NCBI GenBank assembly: GCA_963681965.1
Contig: OY820579.1
Location: 2,720,001 to 2,784,000, forward strand
Reading direction: 5' to 3'
DNA: 64,000 nt
DNA from: a bacterium
GTDB lineage: Bacteria; Electryoneota; JAOADG01
The notes under the pieces were generated by a model. It saw only the letters and a list, made by a program, of their open reading frames with translations, was not told where the DNA came from and made no database searches. Position 1 is the first letter of the stretch, and each line of letters starts with the position of its first letter. A program made the position numbers and the translations under genes. Shown piece by piece: positions 20,130 to 28,660 of the stretch.

Positions 20130-23100
20130 TTATTTTCTAAATTGATTCAATTTCATTACGGGTGCTCGATTTAAAATTCCTGTCGTTGGAGTTGGCGTTC
20201 GAAGCCAGTTGGAACTAGAACTTGCACTGCCTCGATACGCAGTTACCCGGTAATAATAGTGCCCGGTAACGGATTCAGTGTACTCGGTAGTTGTCGAAGG
20301 TAGTTGAGTTAAATAGTAAGTGGAATTCGCTGAGAAATAGCCGGTTGTATTACGATAGACTTTGTAGCCATCGATTGAACCAGATACGGCTTGCCATGAC
20401 AGAGTAACTGTTCCAGCGGGAAGCGAATAGGAAATCTGTAATCCAATCGGCATCTCTGGTGGCGCATCCAGACTCGAAACAGTAATGTCGTCTATAAATA
20501 TTACTGCACCGGTTTGATTGTGAGCAATAAATGCAAATCGCACCAACCCCTTGGCTTTTACGGCATCGGGAATTCGAATCGTAGCTTGCCGCCAGGTTGA
20601 TTGCGGTGCTGGAACTTGAGCTGACCCACCGATACCGGATGACAGTGCATTCTCACCAATCCCGTTCGACCACTTCAGCCACAACTCGGTATAATACCAT
20701 TGCTGATCCTGCACGATTACCTGCAAACTATCATTATATGCTGCTAAAAAAGGCGTATATGCCCATTTAAACGATAGTTGACAACTGTCGATTGTGGTTA
20801 AATCGACATCTGGAGTCCATAAGTACGTCTCTCGACCGGGTAGTCCGTCGTGATAACAATCATAAGAAACTACCCCATCACCGGCATTCCCGCCACTCAG
20901 CCGTTGCCATACAGCTTCACCCTGATCTGCCTGCGTGCTCCAGTTGGTCGGTGGAAAACTCGGATCGGCAAAACCGCTGTAAAATGGCAATGTTGCTGGC
21001 GTGTTAGTATACACGACTGTCGGCGGCGAATTATCCGAAGTATCGCCGGGAGCGTTGTATGCCTTCACCACGAACCAATATCCAACACCTGGTTGTAACC
21101 CTGATACCATGATCGAGAGCCAATTCGAGAGTAATTCACGACGTTGGTATGTCGTAAGTAAACCGCTAGGATAATCGACATAGAGTCCCGAATAGAGATC
21201 TTGAATTGAATACATCGTGTTGTATGAATTCTCTGGTGGAAGCGAATTTTGTGCTGTTATCGATAATGTGGAACAGCGCACCATAGTAACCAGTGGAGCT
21301 TGGGGTGTCGCGGGAAGTGTGTATCCCAGAACCTGTGTATTGCCTGGTGAAGGCAACGTATGTAGTAACGAATTGACTTGGAACCAATAACAATTCGATG
21401 GAGCTAGGTTGGTCATTAAATAGGATGTATCGGTTGCGGGTACTTCCGTAAATTGCGAAAACGCTATTCCGTCGAGCGAATACGAGAGCAGGAAACCGGT
21501 TGCATTCGGGTCATTGTTATGCCAATGGAACCGGATTGCCGTCTGCGAAACTGAATCGATTACTGCATTACTAGGTGCTTCTGGTGGTGGAGTCGATAAC
21601 ACTTGAAAATCGGTAATGTAAATATTGGACATATTAGCGCTGTTACCGGTAAACACGAACCGTAAAGTATCGGCAGCCTGAACCTGATCGGGCAGAATGA
21701 TACGCGCTTCGCGCCAAGTATCCCATGTCGCAGGTTGATATTGCGAACCACCAGTACCCGAGGCAAGGGAATTATCGCCAACACCCAATGCTTGTGCCGA
21801 CCACAATTCATTCACATTCCAACCATCCCAAGAATAGCCGAAGTGTAATTGCTCGTTTTGTCCGGAACTGGTGTTGAAATAACTCCATTTGAACCGGACT
21901 TCGGCGGGAATGGAGGTAACGAGATTGTAATAATTCGACCAGAGTTGACTTGTACCAGCAGTACCGGTATCGAGGTAACATTCATATACGATCGCACCAC
22001 GATTGGCTACGGTATCGACATACCCGCGCCACTGAGTGCCGTGATTGGAATTGCGGACTGTCCAATCCCAGGGCGTTGAACGCATCACATTGAAATTTTG
22101 CGTCGATGGTGTTGAAGCCGCTCCCAGCATATCGATCTCGACCAACGGTGTCATCGTTGAGACAATATCGTGCGCGCGAGCCTGCATACCGAAACTGTAG
22201 TGTCCACCGCAAGTCAAACCGCGGAATTCCAGTGCATTCCACTGCTCCAATGGCAACCATTCCGGTGAGACATTGAACGTTCCGTCGTACTGCATCCATC
22301 CTTGCACGGCTACTGGACGGGTGCGATCCAATGTGTAAATGCAGTACTCCGTCTCGGGACTGTTTGGGTAAGTTGCTGCGTTTTGGAAATACAATTTGAC
22401 GGATGTTTGTGAGACATTGCCGACAATCGGAGTACCCGGTTGGGATGGGGAGGTGATCGCTTCGATCGAAGAGGAGTAGATCGATCGTAAGTCGCCGTTA
22501 TGCGCCCATACCCGGTACCAGTAGTGCTGTCCGGCTTGAACCTGTGTGTCGACAAATCGCGCAAGATTCATCATCGTATGTCCAATCGAATCGTAATTCA
22601 CACTATCGGATGACCGCTCGATGATGAATCCGGCTTCATTCGACGAATGATCCTGCCAATTGAGTGTCACATAATTCGAGGAAATACCTTCGACAAACAG
22701 ATTCGTAGGAGAATTTACCCGGGCGTAACCGTATACCTTCACATTGTCGAGAAAGAAATCTGAGAAAGAATGATAACGATCATCCTGTCGCGATAAATAA
22801 AATCCGATAAATAAGGATGGATTTCCAGCCGCATCGGGTGGCAACTGTACTTCAACATGTTCGTACTCCGATGGCGCTGAAATGGGTCCACCACCTGATC
22901 CGACACATAACGCATGTTCGCCAGTACCGTCATTGGTGCGATATTGAGCCGTGTGAATGGTATGCAGACTATCGGTCGACCAAACGAGTCGAAAAGTATC
23001 GGCGACTTCACTTGTATACGGGAAGCATCCAAGATCGTATTGAATGGTGATCGCTGTAGAATAAAGCGAAAATAATCGAGGTGACCAGAGATAATCGGCA

Positions 23101-25052
23101 GTATCCAAATTGTAAAAATGATGACCTATCATCGTACCATCCCAGTCATCGGTTCGATCCCAAGATGACCCTCGATCGTAAGGGGCGGTCCAACCGACTC
23201 CAAACCGTGAAGGTGTACTCCAAGTCTCAATGAACGGTAATTGTCGAGATGGCGACACCATGATCGGAATCTTCATCGTATCGCCGAGCGATGGCCATTG
23301 TGTCGAAACGATTCGAAATCGTGCATTCGACAGGGGGGTATAATCCGATGTCCAGCGATAAGCATAATCCGGACTGTTATCGATGATCGTAGACCAATTT
23401 CCGGAAGGATAATTGCTGTCAAACTCTAGACGGAATGATGTAATATCCGATTGTGCTATCCACGATAGATCAAGTGTATCGCCATAAACCATTTTAACGG
23501 TATCGGTATTCATCATCGAGAAACTGATCGGTCGCAGAGTAATCATCGCTTTGTAGGCATCGACAATTCGACCTAACCGATTGCGGTACATATCGGCATT
23601 CCACGGTGCGGGATCGGTGCCAGTATCATAAAGGTGATTCAATAATTGTGTGGCAGTGAATTCCGGTTTATTCGAGAGAATGAGCGCTGCTACCGAAGCG
23701 GTATTCGGGCACGACATCGACGTACCGTTCATAAACTCGTAATCGTGAGGATGGTAGGTATTATTTTTCATCGTCGATAGAATGTCGACGCCCGGTGCGA
23801 TAAAGCACATATAAGGGTTGTAGTTAGAGAAACTGGCACGAACGTTGCCAGTTGAACAAGCCGCTACAGCAATGACACCATTCAATCCAGCAGGGTATCG
23901 AGTGTCGCCCGAATTCTCATTTCCAGCAGATGCGAACGGTAGACATTCATGACTGCGAGCATATTGAATTGCAGTCTGTAACGAAGTGGTTGTAACCCCC
24001 AAAGGATTAAAGTCGCCTCCATAACTCATGCTAAGAATCCGAGCGCCTCGATTCACGCAATATTGTACTGCCGGTGCCACATCGGTATGAAAGAACCGGC
24101 TAGTATAGTCGCTGGAATTATTGATTCGGACGTTAAAACCAGCACGAACTGCCAACATTTTAACATTGTAGCTGGCAGCGGGAACACCATTGCGATTGTT
24201 GGTGACAACCGCAATCGTACCGGCGACATGGGTACCGTGCCCATTGATATCCATCGGGTTGTTATCGATCGGTCCGTAATCTTCACCATCGTCGTTTTGG
24301 ACTCCTGGCAACCAAAATGCGTTGTTATTGGCGAAATCGAAGCCGATCACATCGTCGGTATATCCGTTGCCGTCGTTATCGATACCATCTTCATCAGCGG
24401 CAGTATACCGACCATCGTGGTTGATGTCCTCGAGATCGTTCACTTTTATATTGCCGACGAGATCGGGATGTAAGTAATCGATACCGGTATCGATGGTTGC
24501 GACAATTATTGATGAACTGCCCTTACCGTAATTCCAGGCTTGACGGCAGTGCATCGAATCGAGCCCCCACATCGTGGTTGAATGCCGAGCTGATGGATAA
24601 AGCTGCCAATCGGTGGGCGTGTTGTGTCCTTCATAAATTGGACTTGCATAAGCGGTTTCGATAGATAAACAAGTTCGAATTTCATCGGCAATGTCGATCG
24701 CATTTTGCTTACCGAATGCCTGCGGAAGCGGTAAAGCGCTTCGGAAGTAATAAAATCGATCCATTCCCAGTTCCCAGAAATACTTATCATGACGCGAGAT
24801 TGGATCGAAAGAAAATGTCGGATGTAACTCTTTGACATGATATCGCTGGAGGATCGCATCCAACTTGAAATCGCCAGTAGGAAAGTGGATTATTCCATCG
24901 GTTGATTTGTGCAACGTCTGATTGAACGATGGGGTAAACATCAGTTCAACCAGATCGGGAACGTAATCAATTCCCGGTTTTGGTGGATGGGATTGAGCGA
25001 ATGAGCAGGCAAGCAGTAGAGTGATGAGTATAACCGCAATACCAAGGCGCAT
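20130..25052 (-). CDS. secreted S8 subtilisin-like protease with FN3 repeats, jelly-roll/MAM-like domains and the shared C-terminal domain
   Basis: Catalytic triad VATIDTGID / HGTHVAG / GTSMSCP; oxyanion ASAGN. Ca-binding DNDGNGYTDD. Several P.xP...L.W...Y.F/Y.V.A FN3 units. Signal peptide and GGAGG RBS. Confidence 0.93.
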   Translation of the reverse strand: MRLGIAVILITLLLACSFAQSHPPKPGIDYVPDLVELMFTPSFNQTLHKSTDGIIHFPTGDFKLDAILQRYHVKELHPTFSFDPISRHDKYFWELGMDRFYYFRSALPLPQAFGKQNAIDIADEIRTCLSIETAYASPIYEGHNTPTDWQLYPSARHSTTMWGLDSMHCRQAWNYGKGSSSIIVATIDTGIDYLHPDLVGNIKVNDLEDINHDGRYTAADEDGIDNDGNGYTDDVIGFDFANNNAFWLPGVQNDDGEDYGPIDNNPMDINGHGTHVAGTIAVVTNNRNGVPAASYNVKMLAVRAGFNVRINNSSDYTSRFFHTDVAPAVQYCVNRGARILSMSYGGDFNPLGVTTTSLQTAIQYARSHECLPFASAGNENSGDTRYPAGLNGVIAVAACSTGNVRASFSNYNPYMCFIAPGVDILSTMKNNTYHPHDYEFMNGTSMSCPNTASVAALILSNKPEFTATQLLNHLYDTGTDPAPWNADMYRNRLGRIVDAYKAMITLRPISFSMMNTDTVKMVYGDTLDLSWIAQSDITSFRLEFDSNYPSGNWSTIIDNSPDYAYRWTSDYTPLSNARFRIVSTQWPSLGDTMKIPIMVSPSRQLPFIETWSTPSRFGVGWTAPYDRGSSWDRTDDWDGTMIGHHFYNLDTADYLWSPRLFSLYSTAITIQYDLGCFPYTSEVADTFRLVWSTDSLHTIHTAQYRTNDGTGEHALCVGSGGGPISAPSEYEHVEVQLPPDAAGNPSLFIGFYLSRQDDRYHSFSDFFLDNVKVYGYARVNSPTNLFVEGISSNYVTLNWQDHSSNEAGFIIERSSDSVNYDSIGHTMMNLARFVDTQVQAGQHYWYRVWAHNGDLRSIYSSSIEAITSPSQPGTPIVGNVSQTSVKLYFQNAATYPNSPETEYCIYTLDRTRPVAVQGWMQYDGTFNVSPEWLPLEQWNALEFRGLTCGGHYSFGMQARAHDIVSTMTPLVEIDMLGAASTPSTQNFNVMRSTPWDWTVRNSNHGTQWRGYVDTVANRGAIVYECYLDTGTAGTSQLWSNYYNLVTSIPAEVRFKWSYFNTSSGQNEQLHFGYSWDGWNVNELWSAQALGVGDNSLASGTGGSQYQPATWDTWREARIILPDQVQAADTLRFVFTGNSANMSNIYITDFQVLSTPPPEAPSNAVIDSVSQTAIRFHWHNNDPNATGFLLSYSLDGIAFSQFTEVPATDTSYLMTNLAPSNCYWFQVNSLLHTLPSPGNTQVLGYTLPATPQAPLVTMVRCSTLSITAQNSLPPENSYNTMYSIQDLYSGLYVDYPSGLLTTYQRRELLSNWLSIMVSGLQPGVGYWFVVKAYNAPGDTSDNSPPTVVYTNTPATLPFYSGFADPSFPPTNWSTQADQGEAVWQRLSGGNAGDGVVSYDCYHDGLPGRETYLWTPDVDLTTIDSCQLSFKWAYTPFLAAYNDSLQVIVQDQQWYYTELWLKWSNGIGENALSSGIGGSAQVPAPQSTWRQATIRIPDAVKAKGLVRFAFIAHNQTGAVIFIDDITVSSLDAPPEMPIGLQISYSLPAGTVTLSWQAVSGSIDGYKVYRNTTGYFSANSTYYLTQLPSTTTEYTESVTGHYYYRVTAYRGSASSSSNWLRTPTPTTGILNRAPVMKLNQFRK

Positions 25053-25396
25053 AAGGCACCTCCAAAGAAATAGTAGAACAGAATTTCGGTCGTAGTACGC
25101 GAAGATCGCAGTTTACGGGCACCGAAATTGGCGAGTTTGTTTAATACTAATCACTAAGTACAAAAAAAATCAAAGCGGTTAAAGAGGCTAGAACAGTACT
25201 AAACATAGAGATGAACCGGTATTGCATCAAGACAAGTATGGTAAAAATGCAAAAAATACTGTGCGATTGATCACTGATCGTAGCTAAAAGTAACTACAAT
25301 TATAATAAAAATGGATAGTAGAAGTACACCGGATCGGTAAAATAATAATTACATGTATTGATAATATAATTAGATAACTCAGAGATTTGGATGTAC

Positions 25397-25509
25397 TGAC
25401 CAAACAGTATATATTGTGACTAGTCAGTCATGTTGTGACCAATAATTTGTAGAGGAATACTGATGGGTCATAATACGACTAATTAGTATAGATATTGACT
25501 GAAAAGTCG
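25397..25509. promoter_or_regulatory. array of six TGAC-N6-GTCA-like operator sites with ~20-bp period upstream of the TetR gene
   Basis: Sites start at 25397, 25417 (perfect TGACtagtcaGTCA), 25436, 25457, 25476 and 25496. Confidence 0.7.
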
Positions 25510-25517
25510 AGGGTAAA

Positions 25518-26183
25518 ATGGAAGAAGTCGAAAGCACCCCAAAACCGTCGCGAAAAGAGCTAGAGAAACTGCAACGGAAACGGGAAATCTTGAACGCAGC
25601 AAAAGCTTGTTTTCTCGAAAAGGGGTATCAAAATACTACTCTGGATGAGATTGCACAGCGAGCTGAGTTTGGTAAGGGGACGATCTATAACTATTTCGAA
25701 AGCAAGGAAGAGCTGCTCCTCGGTTTAATCGAACAATTCATGAAAGACGGGGTTGTGATTGCCGAAGAAGCAATTCTTCACTTTCCCGGAACAGCTCGCG
25801 AGAAGTTGACGAATTATGTGAAAACCGTTTTGAAAATGGGTACGGAACACGAGCATTTCCATATGGTAATATCCGAAATTCACAGTCTACGTACACAGGG
25901 ATTTGAAGATCGGATGAAGTCGATTGGCAAACTCTTCGAAGATATTTGGAAAGTACCGGCAAGGTTATTGCAGGAAGAAATTGATGCCGGTCGGATCAAA
26001 CCAAAGAATCCGTTTTACATGGCTTGCATGTTCGATATGATGGTCCGGGTATTCGGGGTGGGTACACAGCAGGATAAATTCCCGATCAAAATTAGCGATC
26101 ATGATGAAATTGCCGATCTGATTATTACTACATTTTTCGATGGTATGTCGATCCACAGTTATGAAGGACAGTACAATGGTTAA
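25518..26183 (+). CDS. TetR/AcrR family regulator
   Basis: ILNAA...F.EKGY..TTLDEIA.RAEFGKGTIYNYFESKEEL. Confidence 0.95.
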   Translation: MEEVESTPKPSRKELEKLQRKREILNAAKACFLEKGYQNTTLDEIAQRAEFGKGTIYNYFESKEELLLGLIEQFMKDGVVIAEEAILHFPGTAREKLTNYVKTVLKMGTEHEHFHMVISEIHSLRTQGFEDRMKSIGKLFEDIWKVPARLLQEEIDAGRIKPKNPFYMACMFDMMVRVFGVGTQQDKFPIKISDHDEIADLIITTFFDGMSIHSYEGQYNG

Positions 26184-27525
26184 ACCGAAGTCGGTGCTGC
26201 GACTAGTCGTAATCACCTTGTTAATAAGTGTACTTCCGTTAACGGAATTGGTTCATGCTGCTACCGATACATCGGCAATTGCCAATGCGCGAGTTTTGAA
26301 TTTGTCAACTACGATCAGCATGGCTCTGGATCAGAATCGCGACATAATGAGTTCAAAGCAGGACGTTGCGAAATCCCACGCACAGGTTCGAGAGGCTTGG
26401 TCGAATGCGTTACCGAGTATCTCGGTCTCGAGTACTTATCTCCGGTATGCGATTGCTCCTCAGATGTTCTTCAACGGTATGTCGATCACAACATCGTTGG
26501 ACAATTCTTACTCGGCATCCGCTCAAATATCGCAACCTTTGTTGAGCCGCAAAGTAGGTATCGCGCTTGACGTTGCAAAATTGTACGACCAGTACACCGA
26601 TAAAGGGTATCAATCGTCGCGAGAAGCGACCATTCGTGCCGCAACCAGAGCATTTTATCAAGTGCTGTTGACCAGGAAACTGGTTGATGTCAATCGCGAA
26701 GGGTTAAATGTCGCTACGGCAAATCGCGACAATATCCGCGCCCAGTATCAAAATGGTACTGCCGCTGAATACGATTTGCTCCGTTCCGAAGTGCAGGTCG
26801 CCAATACCGAACCATTGGTGATTGCTGCAGAAAATAATCTGGAATTGTCAAAGAATGCGCTGAAAAATTTGCTGGCAATTCCATTGAATGATCCGATCAA
26901 AGTTGAAGGTGATTTCGAATATTCCGAAGTATCATTGGATGAAATCGCCATGTCACGTTCCAGTGCAACTGCAAACAATACTATTCTGCAACAATTGCGA
27001 TTGCAAGAAAACATGCTGACGAAGAATGTGAAGATCGAGCAAGCAGGATATTGGCCGACCCTCTATCTGATCGGAAATTACAATCTTCAAACGCAAGACA
27101 ACACATTCCATTTCAGTAAATACAAGTGGAACGATGCATTTGCCTACGGTTTGACCTTTTCGTTTACTCCGTTCGATGGTTTTCGTACTTCTGCACGCGT
27201 TCAACAAGCCGCTGCCGATCTGAAAAAAATCCAACTGGCACGGGTAAAGGCAGAAGAAGGCTTGCAATTGCAAATCCAAGCCTCAGTCAACCAAATGCTG
27301 GAAGCGAAGAAACGGATTCAGGCGCAATCGAAGGGGTTGGAACAAGCACAGAAAGCGCTTCAGATCGCACAAACTCGATTCCGTAATGGGATCGGTACTC
27401 AACTGGAGCTTCTCGATACGCAAGCGGCATTAACACAGGCACAAACCAGTTATTCTGTAGCGATTTACGATTATCTATCGGCTAAAACGGATTGGCAGTA
27501 TTTCGTCGGAAGTATTCGGCAATAA
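26176..27525 (+). CDS. TolC-family outer membrane efflux protein
   Basis: Signal peptide. Two OEP repeats (A.LP.IS, YQNG....YDLL, RFRNG.GTQLELLD.Q). Confidence 0.92.
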   Translation: MVKPKSVLRLVVITLLISVLPLTELVHAATDTSAIANARVLNLSTTISMALDQNRDIMSSKQDVAKSHAQVREAWSNALPSISVSSTYLRYAIAPQMFFNGMSITTSLDNSYSASAQISQPLLSRKVGIALDVAKLYDQYTDKGYQSSREATIRAATRAFYQVLLTRKLVDVNREGLNVATANRDNIRAQYQNGTAAEYDLLRSEVQVANTEPLVIAAENNLELSKNALKNLLAIPLNDPIKVEGDFEYSEVSLDEIAMSRSSATANNTILQQLRLQENMLTKNVKIEQAGYWPTLYLIGNYNLQTQDNTFHFSKYKWNDAFAYGLTFSFTPFDGFRTSARVQQAAADLKKIQLARVKAEEGLQLQIQASVNQMLEAKKRIQAQSKGLEQAQKALQIAQTRFRNGIGTQLELLDTQAALTQAQTSYSVAIYDYLSAKTDWQYFVGSIRQ

Positions 27526-27552
27526 CGGTCGACACGTAAGCGATGATTTTGA

Positions 27553-28632
27553 ATGGAGGATGGAATGTTGTTAACTCAAAAAAATATAAACCTGCTGCAA
27601 CTTGGCTTACTAACCGTTATGGCATTGAGTCTGTTTATTGGTTGCGGAAAAAAAGAATCGGCAACTACCGAAACAAATAAGAACACCGATCAGGTAATTC
27701 CGGTTGAAGTGACTGCCGTGCAGCGTGAAGATCTTTCAGTATTGAAAACATATACCGGACCTCTGGAAGGCGTGGAACAAGCGAGTATCGTGCCGAAGAT
27801 TTCGGAGCGGATTGAGTCGGTTAAAACACACATTGGCTCATCAGTCAAAAAGGGTGATGTTTTGGTAATTCTGGATAAGGGAGGACCAACGTCACAATTC
27901 CTGCAGTCCGAAGCGAATTATTTGAATACCGATAAAACGCTTACGCGCATGAAAGCTCTCTTCAAAGAGGGGGCGATTTCACAACAATCGCTGGATGGCG
28001 TACAAACCAGTTTCGATATCGCCAAGGCGAATTACGAAGCTGCCAAACAGAACGTCGAATTAGTAGCACCAATTTCCGGAATTGTTACGGCATTACCGGC
28101 TGAAGTCGGCTCGCTGTCCAGTCCTGGAGTCGCATTAGCGACAGTAGCGCAAATCGATCGCATTAAAGTCATCTTCAATATGAATGAAGAGGACGTAGTC
28201 GACATCGCAGTCGGACAGACAGTTCAAATCAATTCGGAATATCGCACCGAAGCACCAGTCGATGGAAAAGTTACGGAAGTTTTTCACTCAGCCGATGCAC
28301 AATCGCGTACTTTCGAAGTTCGAGCGTTATTCACCAACACAGCCGATCGGTGGTTCAAACCGGGAATGTTCGTGAAAGTGAAGTACCAGAGCAAACCGCA
28401 AACCAAAGCGATGGTCATACCCAATCAAGCAATCCTGAACGACGGTTCTGTCAGTAAGGTTTTCGTAATAAAGAACGGTCGCTCGTTCCAGAAGACGATC
28501 TCCCTGGGAAATACTGACGGCATCAAAACCGTTGTTCGTGATGGATTAACTGATACCGACACTGTCGTCATAACCGGTTGGAACAACCTCCGCGACAGTA
28601 TCAGTGTCAACGAAACCGTGGCAAGTAAATAA
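27553..28632 (+). CDS. RND efflux membrane fusion (periplasmic adaptor) lipoprotein
   Basis: Lipobox FIGC. G..VKKGDVL lipoyl-like half, LFKEGAISQQ, APISGIV, FKPGMF, IPNQAI. Confidence 0.92.
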   Translation: MEDGMLLTQKNINLLQLGLLTVMALSLFIGCGKKESATTETNKNTDQVIPVEVTAVQREDLSVLKTYTGPLEGVEQASIVPKISERIESVKTHIGSSVKKGDVLVILDKGGPTSQFLQSEANYLNTDKTLTRMKALFKEGAISQQSLDGVQTSFDIAKANYEAAKQNVELVAPISGIVTALPAEVGSLSSPGVALATVAQIDRIKVIFNMNEEDVVDIAVGQTVQINSEYRTEAPVDGKVTEVFHSADAQSRTFEVRALFTNTADRWFKPGMFVKVKYQSKPQTKAMVIPNQAILNDGSVSKVFVIKNGRSFQKTISLGNTDGIKTVVRDGLTDTDTVVITGWNNLRDSISVNETVASK

Positions 28633-28660
28633 CTAGTTCGATTGTCAGGAGTCTGGTGTT

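Noticed and set aside
25260-25275. CRP-like site TGTGC-N6-TCACT upstream of the S8 protease
   Set aside because: Only an 8/10 match in AT-rich DNA, with no supporting evidence.
25397-25509. CRISPR array or iterons
   Set aside because: The units are degenerate 14-bp palindromes with 5-7 bp gaps, with no spacers and no cas or rep gene. No CRISPR array was seen anywhere in the window.
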